A stretch of DNA of 64,000 bases from Methanothrix sp. (GTDB lineage Archaea > Halobacteriota > Methanosarcinia > Methanotrichales > Methanotrichaceae). Positions 30,371-44,699 of the stretch are shown here, in pieces (the stretch's first letter is position 1; every line of letters starts with the position of its first letter). Below the pieces are notes generated by a model that searched no databases, was not told the DNA's origin, and worked only from the letters and a program-made list of their open reading frames with translations. The stretch spans positions 2,848,001 through 2,912,000 of the forward strand of contig OY821645.1 of the NCBI GenBank assembly GCA_963682135.1, given 5' to 3'. The position numbers and the translations under genes are program-made.

Positions 30371-30978
30371 TTATCTATTTTAGCCTTTTTTTGTGATAGG
30401 TAGGCATTAATGATCGAATTGATTTATTACGAATATTATTATATAAAATTTCTTACTCCAATTGCCTGATTCTTCGATGCGCTACCTATAAATACGGGTC
30501 CTCCGTTAGGTGAGAAGGCCGATGCGATGGGCTCGCAGGATCCGCTTCGTTCTCCAGATGCAAACCTGGGGATCAGATGGGGCGAAATCCTTAAGTACGA
30601 GTTTCGATCACAATGGCTGCCGAAAAGAGTTCATGTTTTCGTGTCTCCTTCGCGACTTCTCCTCATGGTCAAGTCCAAGTGACTCGAAAGCTATAAATAG
30701 TACGAACTCCTTTTGTGCTGGTCCAATAATCGACGCTAAAGAGGTCTGCTGAAAGGCAACCTTTAAATAGTAGTGATGCGTACAGAATTGGGCCGATGAG
30801 GCGTCGCACCTGAAAATCCAGGGTCCAGCATTAGATGGCTGAACCTGCTTCGAAGCTGCGATTAAAACAAATGGAGACGCGAGATTTTTCGTGTCTGACA
30901 TTGGTCTTGGCGACTCAGCCAATTCCGACTGGTTTCGGAATAACATGATTGAGTTTAAAACTTCCTAGAAGGATATGA

Positions 30979-32449
<1,471 letters not shown>

Positions 32450-32575
32450 AACGTTATTGGGTATGCGAAACTGCATACCCGTCCCCTTAACCAGTTGGAA
32501 GCTGAAAATGTCGACCGAGACCAAACAAGAGAAATTAGCCAGCTATTCTGATTATTAGCTGGGCAATGATAACCC

Positions 32576-32648
32576 GGGCTTGTAGCTCAGCTGGTAGAGC
32601 GCCGCCTTTGCAAGGCGGAGGCCCTGGGTTCGAATCCCAGCAAGTCCA
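32576..32648 (+). tRNA. tRNA-Ala(UGC)
   Basis: GGGCTTGTAGCTCAGCTGGTAGAGC...TTTGCAA...GGTTCGAATCC...CAAGTCCA. Confidence 0.97.
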
Positions 32649-32781
32649 AATTCATATGCACACATTGAGGCAGACTCGATGTGGAAGGGCAGAGGTCCGT
32701 TCATTGACGGGACGGTCCTGTGAAGCCGTGCACAAGCTTTGCGACCAGACGCTCACTGAGTTTAGTGGGGCATAAGCTGCT

Positions 32782-35662
<2,881 letters not shown>

Positions 35663-35719
35663 GCAGCGCCCCGCTAAACTCGGGCGAAATCTGGTCGCAA
35701 AGCATAAATTGTGCATTAC

Positions 35720-35777
35720 TCCACGGTAAGCTTCCAACGGGGAAGCAATTACTGCCGGTTCGAATCCGGACCATGGA
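35720..35777 (+). ncRNA. tRNA-like element (t-element) in the 5S rRNA leader
   Basis: Acceptor-like stem TCCACGGT/ACCATGGA, hairpin GCTTCC/GGAAGC, T-arm CCGG-TTCGAAT-CCGG; ends 3 nt before 5S. Confidence 0.7.
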
Positions 35778-35780
35778 TTC

Positions 35781-35907
35781 GAGCATAGCGGCCAGAGCGA
35801 CAGGGAGACTCCTGAACCCATTCCGAACTCAGAAGATAAGCCTGCCCACGTTCTGCACTGTACTCAGATGCGCGAGCTCTCGGGAAATGCAGATCGCTGC
35901 TATGCTC
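35781..35907 (+). rRNA. rrf: 5S rRNA
   Basis: GAGCATAGCGGC...GAACCCATTCCGAACTCAGAAGATAAG...GCTGCTATGCTC terminal helix. Confidence 0.95.
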
Positions 35908-36333
35908 ACCTAAATTTTCTATTTTCAAGGAGATCTGATTTTATCAAAACATATCTCTTGTATACTAATTTGATGAATGGATTAGATTCTAAACTGCATG
36001 TAGGTAGCTATAATGTGTGAGAGTGCCTTCCTATAAAGAAAGGCGACATAATTTAGCTTCCTCTTTCTCACATTCGAGAGATTGATTTTGAAGGGAATGG
36101 CTGCATTTGATAAAACCGGTTTGTTGTTTGATTCCATAATCAGAGTAAATTGGATGATGACGGTCAAGCGAATTCTTGTTGACAGAAAGATCGGGGAAGC
36201 GGATGAAGATTTGCGAGCATGGGTAAATCAGGTCGTTCCCAAATGGCTTGCCATATAGTCAAGAAAAAGAGCAATAGGGAAAAGCTATAATTACCCGAAA
36301 ACCCCCTCCCGAAAGTGAGAGAAGGAGAGAATA

Positions 36334-37290
36334 ATGTCGGAGGATCAGAAAGCAGTCTACAGCCGCGCACCAGAGATGTTCAAAAGGCTCCGGCGCGAGA
36401 TCGACAAAGTCATGGTCGGCCAGAATGTGGCTATCGAGCAGCTCCTTGTTGCCATTCTGGCTGGAGGCCACGCCCTCCTGGAGAGCAATCCGGGTCTCGC
36501 CAAAACGCTGCTGGTGAAGACCACTGCTTCCTGTCTGGGTCTTGATTTCAGCAGGATTCAATGCACTCCGGACCTTATGCCCGCGGATATCACCGGAACG
36601 ACCATCATTGACGAGATCGATAAGAGCAAAAAGTTCCGCTTCGAGGCAGGTCCCGTCTTCTCCAATATCGTTTTAGCCGACGAGATCAACCGGGCATCTC
36701 CCAAGACGCAGAGCGCTCTCTTAGAAGCCATGCAGGAAAAGCAGGTGACGGTAGGAAACAAGACCTATCTTCTCGATAAACCCTTCTTTATCCTGGCCAC
36801 GCAAAATCCTATTGAGATGGAAGGCACCTTCCCTCTTCCCGAGGCACAGCTGGATCGGTTCTTGCTCAAGATTTTCATGGAATATCCATCCAAGGAAGAG
36901 GAAATGGAGATCCTGGAGAGATACACCATTCGCGGTGAGCCCAACGTGGAGCCGGTGGTCAGCAAGGATGAGGTGATCGCACTGCAGCAGCTCTGCCGCG
37001 ATATGCCTGTCTCCGATGATCTGAAGGCTGCGACAGTGAATCTCGTGCTGGCCACACGCAAGTGGGAGGGCGTCGCCTACGGAGCCAGCCCCAGGGCCAC
37101 CATCGGCCTCATTCTATCAGCCAAGGCCAGAGCATTCCTGCAGGGCAGAAACTATGTTTCCAAAGACGATCTGCATGTCATGGCCTATCCTGTCTTGAGG
37201 CACAGAATTATCCTGGGCTTTGAGGCGGAGCGAAAGGGTCTCACCCGCGACCAGGTGGTAACGGACATTTTAAAGAGTCAGTCTCTTTAA
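36334..37290 (+). CDS. moxR: MoxR-family AAA+ ATPase
   Basis: PGLAKT, RIQCTPDLMPADITG, LADEINRASPKTQSALLEAMQE, ATQNPIE.EGTFPLPEAQLDRF. Confidence 0.96.
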   Translation: MSEDQKAVYSRAPEMFKRLRREIDKVMVGQNVAIEQLLVAILAGGHALLESNPGLAKTLLVKTTASCLGLDFSRIQCTPDLMPADITGTTIIDEIDKSKKFRFEAGPVFSNIVLADEINRASPKTQSALLEAMQEKQVTVGNKTYLLDKPFFILATQNPIEMEGTFPLPEAQLDRFLLKIFMEYPSKEEEMEILERYTIRGEPNVEPVVSKDEVIALQQLCRDMPVSDDLKAATVNLVLATRKWEGVAYGASPRATIGLILSAKARAFLQGRNYVSKDDLHVMAYPVLRHRIILGFEAERKGLTRDQVVTDILKSQSL

Positions 37291-37318
37291 GGTCTTCAAG
37301 GAGAGATCAGGAAAGATT

Positions 37319-38176
37319 ATGGATACAGAGTTCTTCAAGGAGCTGGAGAAGTTCTCACTGCTTGTCAGGAAGCGAGTATCGACCGCCTACAGCGGAGGCA
37401 GAAAGTCCCTGCGCTTTGGACACGGCATCAGTCCGGTCGGCTATCGGGAGTACCGCAAAGGAGACGACTTCAAGCTGGTAGACTGGAAGGTCTACGGTCG
37501 AACTGAGAAGCTCTATATCCGGGAGCATGAGGAGGAGAGAAGCCTGGTGGTGCACATCCTTCTGGACGGCAGCGCCAGCATGGGCTATGAGGGAAAGTTC
37601 GGCTATGCATCTCGCCTGGCAGCCGGCTTTGCCTATCTGGCTACCCAGGAAAATGAGAAGTATGCCATATCGCTCTTTTGCAAGAAGCTTTATCCAGGCG
37701 AGCCCAAGCGGGGAAGAAGAAATCTCTTTCAATCTATTGAGGCGTTGGACAGGACCACTCCCCGAGGGGGTACGGGATTGCTTGCCATCGCTGATCAGGT
37801 GGAATCGCTTCTCAAGACCACCAGCCTGGTGGTCCTGATATCCGACCTGTTGGGAGAGACCGAGGATGTCCTATCCAGCATCTACCGGCTATCCGGGCAT
37901 GAGCTGGTGGTAATTCAAGTGCTGGCACCGCAAGAAACGGAGCTTCGATTCGGAGGCGATGTCAAGTTCGTGGACATGGAGAGCGGCCTGCCACTCATCA
38001 CCCGTGTTACTGAGGATGAGCGAAAGGAGTATTTGAGACGCTTGGCGGAGCATAATAATCGAATCAGGGCGGCATGCAGTCAGGTTGGAGCTGATTATTT
38101 CCTTGTGAAAACGGACCGGCCTATCTTCGAGGCCTTTTCCGAGATGCTCAGCCGCGCTGTGATCTGGAAGACATAA
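37319..38176 (+). CDS. DUF58 / vWA-type MoxR partner
   Basis: YREYRKGDDF..VDWKVYGRT, LLDGSASM, ISDL. Confidence 0.93.
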   Translation: MDTEFFKELEKFSLLVRKRVSTAYSGGRKSLRFGHGISPVGYREYRKGDDFKLVDWKVYGRTEKLYIREHEEERSLVVHILLDGSASMGYEGKFGYASRLAAGFAYLATQENEKYAISLFCKKLYPGEPKRGRRNLFQSIEALDRTTPRGGTGLLAIADQVESLLKTTSLVVLISDLLGETEDVLSSIYRLSGHELVVIQVLAPQETELRFGGDVKFVDMESGLPLITRVTEDERKEYLRRLAEHNNRIRAACSQVGADYFLVKTDRPIFEAFSEMLSRAVIWKT

Positions 38177-38181
38177 GTCGT

Positions 38182-38270
38182 CTTTGTGCCTTTGTGGTGA
38201 GCGTGGTAGTAATCACTTGTCTCTCATCCCTACCGAGAAAACCAAACCACAAAGGCACAAAGCCACAAAG
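38182..38270. repeat. REP/MITE-like element with a perfect 17-bp inverted repeat
   Basis: CTTTGTGCCTTTGTGGT (38182-38198) / ACCACAAAGGCACAAAG (38246-38262) plus an extra CCACAAAG. Confidence 0.75.
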
Positions 38271-38292
38271 AACGCTCAAGAGACGAACTAAT

Positions 38293-39525
38293 ATGTTTAT
38301 GAATTCAAATAACAGCAAGATCAAGCTTGGTTATGGTCAAGGGTGCCTCGATCTGATGTTGGCTGAAGGGGCAGAGGTAGTGCTGGCAGAGGAGCTTGCC
38401 GGCGCGCCTGCTGGTGAGATTGATAGATCAATAGATCATGCCCGTGGAAAGAGTCTCGATGATTTTGCCGGCTCTAAATCAGCCAGCATTCTGGTGAGCG
38501 ATATCACCCGTCCTGCTCCCAGTCATCTCATGCTTCCTCCTCTCATCCGCCGGCTTAAGGATCTGGACATTAGCGATCTGAAAATTGTCTTTGCTCTGGG
38601 CACGCACCGCAGGATGACGGTGGAAGAAGAGCGCTTGCTATTGCGCAGCTGCACCAGCCTGCCTTACATGCAGCATGACCCCAAGAACTGCGTATGTTTG
38701 GGCGAGACAGGGCGGGGCACGCCAGTGGAGATCCTGGAGACGGTCGCCTCATCTGATCTGATCGTGGCCACAGGAAATATCGAGTATCACTATTATGCCG
38801 GCTACAGCGGCGGAGCCAAAGCCGTCTTGCCCGGAATAAGCTCGGAGCGTTCTGTGATCAAAAACCATGCGTTGATGAGAGATCCGCTCGCCATCACGGG
38901 AAGGCTGGATAGCCCGGTGCGCCAGGACATGGAGGACGCGGCTGGAATAGCGGGGCTGGACTTCATCTTGAATGTCGTTCTGAACGGCAAAAAAGAGATC
39001 GTGCAGTCGGTTGCAGGCGACTTTATCTCCGCTCACCGCATTGGGGCTGCTACCGTGGATCGCATGTACCGACGAGCCGTTAAGCCGGTGGAGATTGTTG
39101 TGACCTGTGCCGGGGGCAGGCCCAAAGACCTCAATCTCTTCCAGGCGCAAAAGGCTCTTGACAATGCCAAGAATGCCGCCCTGCCGGGAGGAAGCATCAT
39201 CCTGGTGGCGGAGTGCTGCGAGGGGCTGGGCCATCCCGTCTTCGAACGATGGGCAAGGGAAGCGACATCTGCCGAGGATTGCTGGGAGCGCTTCGGTCGG
39301 GAGTATGAGTTTGGCGGGCACAAGGCTGCTTTTCTGGCCAAGGAGTCCATGCAGCATCATCTGATCCTGGTCTCGGCTCTGCCGAGGGATAAGGCGGAGA
39401 TGTGCTTCTTTCAGCCGGCGGCAACCCTTGAGCAGGCTCTGGAGCTGGCCAGAGCCAGGCAGGGCAAAGATGCGCGCATGCTGGTCATGCCGCACGGCAA
39501 TCTGACCCTGGCTGTGGCGAAATGA
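38293..39525 (+). CDS. larA: Nickel-dependent lactate racemase family protein
   Basis: VSDITRP, ALGTHR, HYYAGYSGGAK, DLNLFQAQKAL, AECCEGLG. Confidence 0.9.
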   Translation: MFMNSNNSKIKLGYGQGCLDLMLAEGAEVVLAEELAGAPAGEIDRSIDHARGKSLDDFAGSKSASILVSDITRPAPSHLMLPPLIRRLKDLDISDLKIVFALGTHRRMTVEEERLLLRSCTSLPYMQHDPKNCVCLGETGRGTPVEILETVASSDLIVATGNIEYHYYAGYSGGAKAVLPGISSERSVIKNHALMRDPLAITGRLDSPVRQDMEDAAGIAGLDFILNVVLNGKKEIVQSVAGDFISAHRIGAATVDRMYRRAVKPVEIVVTCAGGRPKDLNLFQAQKALDNAKNAALPGGSIILVAECCEGLGHPVFERWAREATSAEDCWERFGREYEFGGHKAAFLAKESMQHHLILVSALPRDKAEMCFFQPAATLEQALELARARQGKDARMLVMPHGNLTLAVAK

Positions 39526-39585
39526 TTTTATTCCCATTTCAACCGAAAACTGTATTATCTATAACGATCAAATAGATAGTTCGCT

Positions 39586-39897
39586 GCGAGATAAGGCTGA
39601 AGCTGATTAAGCTCCAGGAAATGGGCACCTCGCTTAATTGCGAAGTCTTCGGTGAATGCGAGAATCTATCGGACCTCGTTTCAGTTCTTGTATGAGCGCG
39701 GCAAGGATCGAAATGTGTGCAGGCGAAGCGGGAGCAGGCTCTTCATCTCTGATGATGTGTCCCCGTAAGAAGGGCGCTGTGTCAAAATCCAGTGCTGCCT
39801 CGCTGTTGCCTGTGTGATGGCGCAGGGCGGGCTCAAGGCCGCCACTACGGTGGTTGGTCCCTTTGAGAAGGGCATTGTGGCTCGATGCTTGGCTCGC
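39586..39897 (+). ncRNA. Candidate ~312-nt structured non-coding RNA, family unassigned
   Basis: BRE/TATA-like GAAAACTGTATTATCTATAA ~25 nt upstream; 5'/3' ends pair (GCGAG.TAAG / CTTG.CTCGC); hairpins CCAC-TACG-GTGG, CCCTT-TGAG-AAGGG, CCTGTGT-GATG-GCGCAGG; lies between convergent genes with no credible ORF. Confidence 0.6.
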
Positions 39898-39929
39898 CTA
39901 AAACATCACTGTGTTAATTCAAAAAAATT

Positions 39930-42800
39930 TTATTCCGACTTTTCTGCCATTTGCAGAGCCGCCTTCAGCTCCTCCATCTTCACCGGCTTGCTGATGTATC
40001 CATCCATTCCGGCGGCAAGGCATCTCTCCCTGTCTCCTTGCAGGGTATAGGCGGTCATAGCGATTATCCTGGGCTGTTTTGCAGCAGGCAGGCTGCTGCG
40101 AATGAATCTGGTGGCCTCCAGTCCGTCCATCTCCGGCATTTGAATGTCCATGAGGATCACGTCATAAGATTTTTGCTCCAAGCTTTTCAGCAATTCCTTG
40201 CCGTTGAAGGCCACATCAGCTTTATACCCCAGATGCTTGAGCATGGCCAATGCCACTTTTTGGTTGATCGGATTGTCTTCGGCCAGAAGAATGCGAAGAT
40301 CTTGATTTGTGGCGGGAGGCAAAGTAGCATCTCTTCGCGGCTTTACAGCCTTCTCTTCTCCCCCAAGAATGCGCAGCAATGCAATGCCTAGCTGGGCTTC
40401 TCTGACCGGCTTGGTTAAGAAGGCGCGGGTCTTGGCCTGCGAGGTTGCTTTCTCTCCCAAAAAGCCGATCTCTATCACCGGCAATGATTGCAGCTCTTGC
40501 TTGCTCAGTCTTTCTGCCAGCAAGGGCCATTTTGCGATATCGCTATCAACAATAATTGCATCGTACCTCTCCCTGTCCAAGAGCTGGCAGGCTTCCCAGT
40601 CCGAGCCTGGCTTTGCAGCAGAGACTGCAAAGGAGTGAAGATGATTGGCCAGCATCTTTCGGCTCGCTTCTTTATCGACTGCAATCAGGGCTTTCTTACC
40701 TTTTAGTCTGGAGTAATCTCCTGCATATTGATTCCTGGCAGCTTCGCAAGTCCCTGTCCCTTTTTCGGGCAACAGAAAATGGAATTGGGATCCTACTCCT
40801 GCTTTGCTCTCTGCCCAGATTCGACCGCCCATCAGCTCCACCAACCGGCTGCTGATGGCTAGCCCAAGGCCAGTTCCGTCATACCGGCGGGCAAGTGATG
40901 AGTCCACCTGGCTAAAGGGGAGAAAGAGCCGGGACATGCGATCCTCCGGGATGCCTATCCCCGTATCTCTCACTATGAAATGATATGCCTTTTCTTCTTT
41001 ATCTCTGCAGACTAAGACCGTTACCTCTCCTGATTGTGTGAATTTGACGGCATTGCTGGCAAGGTTACCAAGAACCTGCCCCAGACGCAAGGCGTCGCCC
41101 ACCATTCTCCGTGGCACATCGCCGGCCAGAACATAAGCCAGTTCCAGGCGCCTCTCGGCGGCATGGGCCGCAACCTGGTCGAGAGAGGTCTCGATAACCT
41201 CCTGCAAATCGAATGGCAGGTCCACAATATCCATTTTTCTGGCATCGATCTTGGAGAAATCCAGTATCTCGTTGATGATGCAAAGCAGTGAGAGGCCGCT
41301 AATGCGAATGGTCTTCACATAATCCCGTTCCACAGGACCAAGATCGCTTTCTAAGAGCAGGTCAGTCATGCCTATGACAGCATTAAGCGGCGTTCTTATC
41401 TCATGGCTCACATTGGCGGTGAACTCCGCTTTCGCTCTGGCTGAAGCCTCGGCAGCGTCCCTGGCCCGGACCAGCTCTTCTTCCATCTTCTTCTGCTCGG
41501 TTATGTCTATGCAAACGCCCAGGGCCGCATAAAACTCGCCGGATTCGTCAAGCAGGGGATATATGGAGTACATTGCCGGAAACTTCTCCTGGCTCTTTCT
41601 TAAAAGAGTCCTAAATCCGGAGAACGTCGTCTCTTTTCTCATGCGGCGAGCCGCTTCAGCCAATTTATCGCGATCCTCGGAAACAAGCAGCATAGAGACC
41701 GGTTTTCCTAAGACCTCTGCACGACTGTAGCCGAAACATTTCTCAGATCCTGGAGAGAATTCCAGGATGAGAGGCTCCTCACTCCTGGCATCAGCAATGA
41801 TAAAGGAGACATTCTTAGCCGCTTCAAAGATGGCTTTCAAATGCCTCTCCCTCTCATGCAAAGCTTTTTCCGCCTTTTTTCGCTCTGTCAGCTCATTATT
41901 CAAATCAGCGGTTTTCTCTATTACCATCTTGCCTAGAAAGTCCTGTCTGCTGGCCACCAGGTAAAACAGGCCGACAAGAAGTCCCAGAATTATCAGGCCT
42001 GCCATTTGGACGATTCTCAGCGGCACCTGCACTGCGTCAATCCATCCGCCGGCAGGCACTCCTGCCAGCTCCCAGTAGCCGTCGGGCAGCTCTATTCTGT
42101 AGATCACCGGAGCGGACTGGAATACTCTGCTTTCCCCATAAAACACCTGTCCGCTGCTGTCTCTCAATGCCATATCCAGGCTACTGGAGCTGTTGTCCAA
42201 TCCTGCAGCTTGCAACATCTGTGGAATATGGATGGTTATGGAAATGAATCCCCAGAACGTCTCATTTTCATAGACGGCTTTCCTGGCCACCATGCCCAGG
42301 CCGCCTCTTTTCATCTCATGAGGATTGGTGATAACCAGATGATGTGTGTCAATGGCTTTTTGCATATCTTCCCGGAAGGCGGGAGAAAGGTCCTGGAAGA
42401 GGCTGCGTCCTCTCATGGCTTCATAATCCGTTGCCGGATATACATACTGAAAGACTCCATTGGGCGCTATGGCAAGATTGCGAATTCCGTCGGTGCTGGA
42501 ATAGATATGCTCTGAGTAGATCACAAACTCATCATTTAATGCGGGTTTAGGCGAGCTGATCTCAGCCTGAACAAAGGCATCCAGGCCTTCGAGCAGTTCC
42601 AGGCGCTGAGAAATAGCCATAGCTAAAGAATTTCCCTGCGAATCAAGCTGGCCGGCAATGCGGGCCTGCTCATCAGTTATGAGCTGGGATTGATACCAAA
42701 GGCCTGCCTGCCACCAGATCAATAATAAAGCAATAGCAATCAGAGCAGTCTGCAGTTGAGTCTTTCTCATTGGCCTTCCTTTTATAGGCAGATGTTCCAT
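39930..42800 (-). CDS. Hybrid sensor histidine kinase (CHASE-PAS-HisKA-HATPase-REC-REC)
   Basis: NVSHEIRTPLNAVIG, NAVKFT, DTGIGI, GTGLGL, LAEDN..MDIQMPEMDG. Confidence 0.95.
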   Translation of the reverse strand: MEHLPIKGRPMRKTQLQTALIAIALLLIWWQAGLWYQSQLITDEQARIAGQLDSQGNSLAMAISQRLELLEGLDAFVQAEISSPKPALNDEFVIYSEHIYSSTDGIRNLAIAPNGVFQYVYPATDYEAMRGRSLFQDLSPAFREDMQKAIDTHHLVITNPHEMKRGGLGMVARKAVYENETFWGFISITIHIPQMLQAAGLDNSSSSLDMALRDSSGQVFYGESRVFQSAPVIYRIELPDGYWELAGVPAGGWIDAVQVPLRIVQMAGLIILGLLVGLFYLVASRQDFLGKMVIEKTADLNNELTERKKAEKALHERERHLKAIFEAAKNVSFIIADARSEEPLILEFSPGSEKCFGYSRAEVLGKPVSMLLVSEDRDKLAEAARRMRKETTFSGFRTLLRKSQEKFPAMYSIYPLLDESGEFYAALGVCIDITEQKKMEEELVRARDAAEASARAKAEFTANVSHEIRTPLNAVIGMTDLLLESDLGPVERDYVKTIRISGLSLLCIINEILDFSKIDARKMDIVDLPFDLQEVIETSLDQVAAHAAERRLELAYVLAGDVPRRMVGDALRLGQVLGNLASNAVKFTQSGEVTVLVCRDKEEKAYHFIVRDTGIGIPEDRMSRLFLPFSQVDSSLARRYDGTGLGLAISSRLVELMGGRIWAESKAGVGSQFHFLLPEKGTGTCEAARNQYAGDYSRLKGKKALIAVDKEASRKMLANHLHSFAVSAAKPGSDWEACQLLDRERYDAIIVDSDIAKWPLLAERLSKQELQSLPVIEIGFLGEKATSQAKTRAFLTKPVREAQLGIALLRILGGEEKAVKPRRDATLPPATNQDLRILLAEDNPINQKVALAMLKHLGYKADVAFNGKELLKSLEQKSYDVILMDIQMPEMDGLEATRFIRSSLPAAKQPRIIAMTAYTLQGDRERCLAAGMDGYISKPVKMEELKAALQMAEKSE

Positions 42801-42869
42801 TCTCCTTTCAACCTTCTCTAACGGTTGTCTGATAAACTATTTCCGCTCATAAATATTGGGTACTAAGCA

Positions 42870-43370
42870 ATGTGGCCTGAGGAACAGACTCGCGGTCGGC
42901 TAATGGATGGAATGGATACGGCATTCTTCAATAACCCCGTGGTGGTAAGGAGGTTTATGCCTGGCGACCTGGAGGCAGCCTTAGAGATCGATAGGGAGGT
43001 CTTCGGCGGATATGATCCTGCCATCTTCACAGCCTTTTATGAATACCACGGCGGCAGCTCTCTTGTCGCAGAGGTTAGTGGAATTGTGGCAGGCTTTGTC
43101 CTGGGATTTCGGCATACTCCTTTCGAAGGCAGGGTATTCTGGCTGGCCGTGAGGCCGCTCTTTCAGAGTCGCAACATTGGCATGAGGCTTATGCTGGAGG
43201 TTTTGCATGCCTTCCGGCAGATGGGAGCACGCAGTGCCACCCTGGAGGTACGAGTGAGCAATAAAAAGGCCCAGTCGCTTTATTCCATGTTGGGCTTTCG
43301 CATGATAGGCATCAGTCCTGCTTACTACAGCGACGGTGAGGCGGCCATTATCATGAAGATGCGACTGTAA
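42870..43370 (+). CDS. RimI-like GNAT N-acetyltransferase (start probably 42903 or 42912)
   Basis: LAVRP.FQ.R.IG, LEVRVSNKKAQSLY..LGF, YYSDGEAA. Confidence 0.9.
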   Translation: MWPEEQTRGRLMDGMDTAFFNNPVVVRRFMPGDLEAALEIDREVFGGYDPAIFTAFYEYHGGSSLVAEVSGIVAGFVLGFRHTPFEGRVFWLAVRPLFQSRNIGMRLMLEVLHAFRQMGARSATLEVRVSNKKAQSLYSMLGFRMIGISPAYYSDGEAAIIMKMRL

Positions 43371-43408
43371 GCACTATAACGGTGAATAAAATATTTTTTA
43401 ATTGTTTG

Positions 43409-44074
43409 TTACTCCACCCCGCGAGCGGTCAGGCGGAAGTCTGCCATGATGCCCTCCGGGGAAGAGCGGTGTTTCATGATCCGGGCGCTGCGCATCCCCT
43501 CACCTTTCTTCTCCAAAAAGATGATTGCTTTGCAGATATGTTCCAGTCCCGTGCCTCCAATAGGCCGCAGCGAGTTGTTCTCTATGTCCATGTAGACTTG
43601 ATTGGTTATTACTGCGGGAATCCTGTGCCTGCGAGCAATCTCCTGCAGCTCGGAGAGCTGGACTGTTAATGTTCGGCGAACAGAACGGTTATCATCTGCT
43701 TCCAGAAGCACACGGTAAAGGGATGTTGCCGAATCCAGAATTACCAGACCTAAATTTTGGCCGGCGATCTTGGATGCCTCGCGTATGGCTATTGCCTGCT
43801 GCTCCAGGCTCATGGGTTCAAAGATCATGATCTTGGCAGCCATCTCTTCTGCGCCGGGGCCGGCGATCTGTTTGAACCTCTCCGCGGAAAAGCCTTCCGT
43901 ATCTACGAATATGACGCGTAGACCGCGGGCTACGGCCTGTACTGCCAGTTGCATGACAATATTGCTTTTTCCCGTGCCTGCTTCTCCGTAAAGCTGGGTT
44001 ATTATGCCTGACTCAAATCCTCCACTCAAGAGAAGATCCAGGCTCTGGCAGCCGGAAGGCAAACGGTCGAGCAT
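43409..44074 (-). CDS. radB: DNA repair and recombination protein RadB
   Basis: LD.LLSGGFESG.ITQLYGEAGTGKS, DTEGFS.ERF, TNQVY, KHRS. Confidence 0.95.
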   Translation of the reverse strand: MLDRLPSGCQSLDLLLSGGFESGIITQLYGEAGTGKSNIVMQLAVQAVARGLRVIFVDTEGFSAERFKQIAGPGAEEMAAKIMIFEPMSLEQQAIAIREASKIAGQNLGLVILDSATSLYRVLLEADDNRSVRRTLTVQLSELQEIARRHRIPAVITNQVYMDIENNSLRPIGGTGLEHICKAIIFLEKKGEGMRSARIMKHRSSPEGIMADFRLTARGVE

Positions 44075-44090
44075 GGGCTATCACAGACAA

Positions 44091-44684
44091 CTATCTAACA
44101 TGAGTAAATTTATCTATCCTATCCATGAGTCGGTCCATGGCCTCTTGTTCCCTGGGACCGCCACAGCGATTGATGATGCGCTGCATCTTCATCAGCTCAT
44201 CGAAATAGCATTCTGTGCGAAGAGCCAGATATCGGGTGGCAGCAACAGCCGCTTCAATCACCAAATTTGCTCCACGGTTGCAGGCGCGAAAATCCTTTCG
44301 CAAGACCTCACCCTTAACCAGCTGTACATTGGCGATGATAATATCCGAGGCAAAGGTCTCGCATTTAAAGAGCCCCCAGGCTTCTGCTTCTTTTAATACG
44401 GGCAAATCATCCCGGCGCGTGAAATATTCCGAATCAAGGTCTTCTATTGCCGTCTCTGCGAAGAGCCAGGCATCATGGCTGATATTGGCCACAAACCATC
44501 CTTTGGTCAGGACGTTTTCGTAGGTATGAGTACCGAGGAAAAGCCGCACATAAAGCCTATCTCCATCTCTTATGATGCCTAGTGGCGCGGCATTGATCCG
44601 GCCCGACATCTCTGTAGTTGCGATTACCTCGTTTATGCCGCCCTGTATTCCCAGTTCATCTAAAGCGTCATTTCCATAAAGCAT
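44091..44684 (-). CDS. DUF447 family protein
   Basis: EVIATT, NAAPLGI, THTYEN, NRGANLVIEAAVAATR. Confidence 0.85.
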   Translation of the reverse strand: MLYGNDALDELGIQGGINEVIATTEMSGRINAAPLGIIRDGDRLYVRLFLGTHTYENVLTKGWFVANISHDAWLFAETAIEDLDSEYFTRRDDLPVLKEAEAWGLFKCETFASDIIIANVQLVKGEVLRKDFRACNRGANLVIEAAVAATRYLALRTECYFDELMKMQRIINRCGGPREQEAMDRLMDRIDKFTHVR

Positions 44685-44699
44685 TATTAAAACCTCAAA

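Noticed and set aside
30430-30960. Separate ncRNA upstream of 16S
   Set aside because: Explained by several TATA-like rRNA promoters and the 16S processing stem, which pairs with ~32490-32525.
39586-39897. Direct call as RNase P or SRP RNA
   Set aside because: The universally conserved motifs of both are missing on either strand, so it is kept as an unassigned ncRNA.
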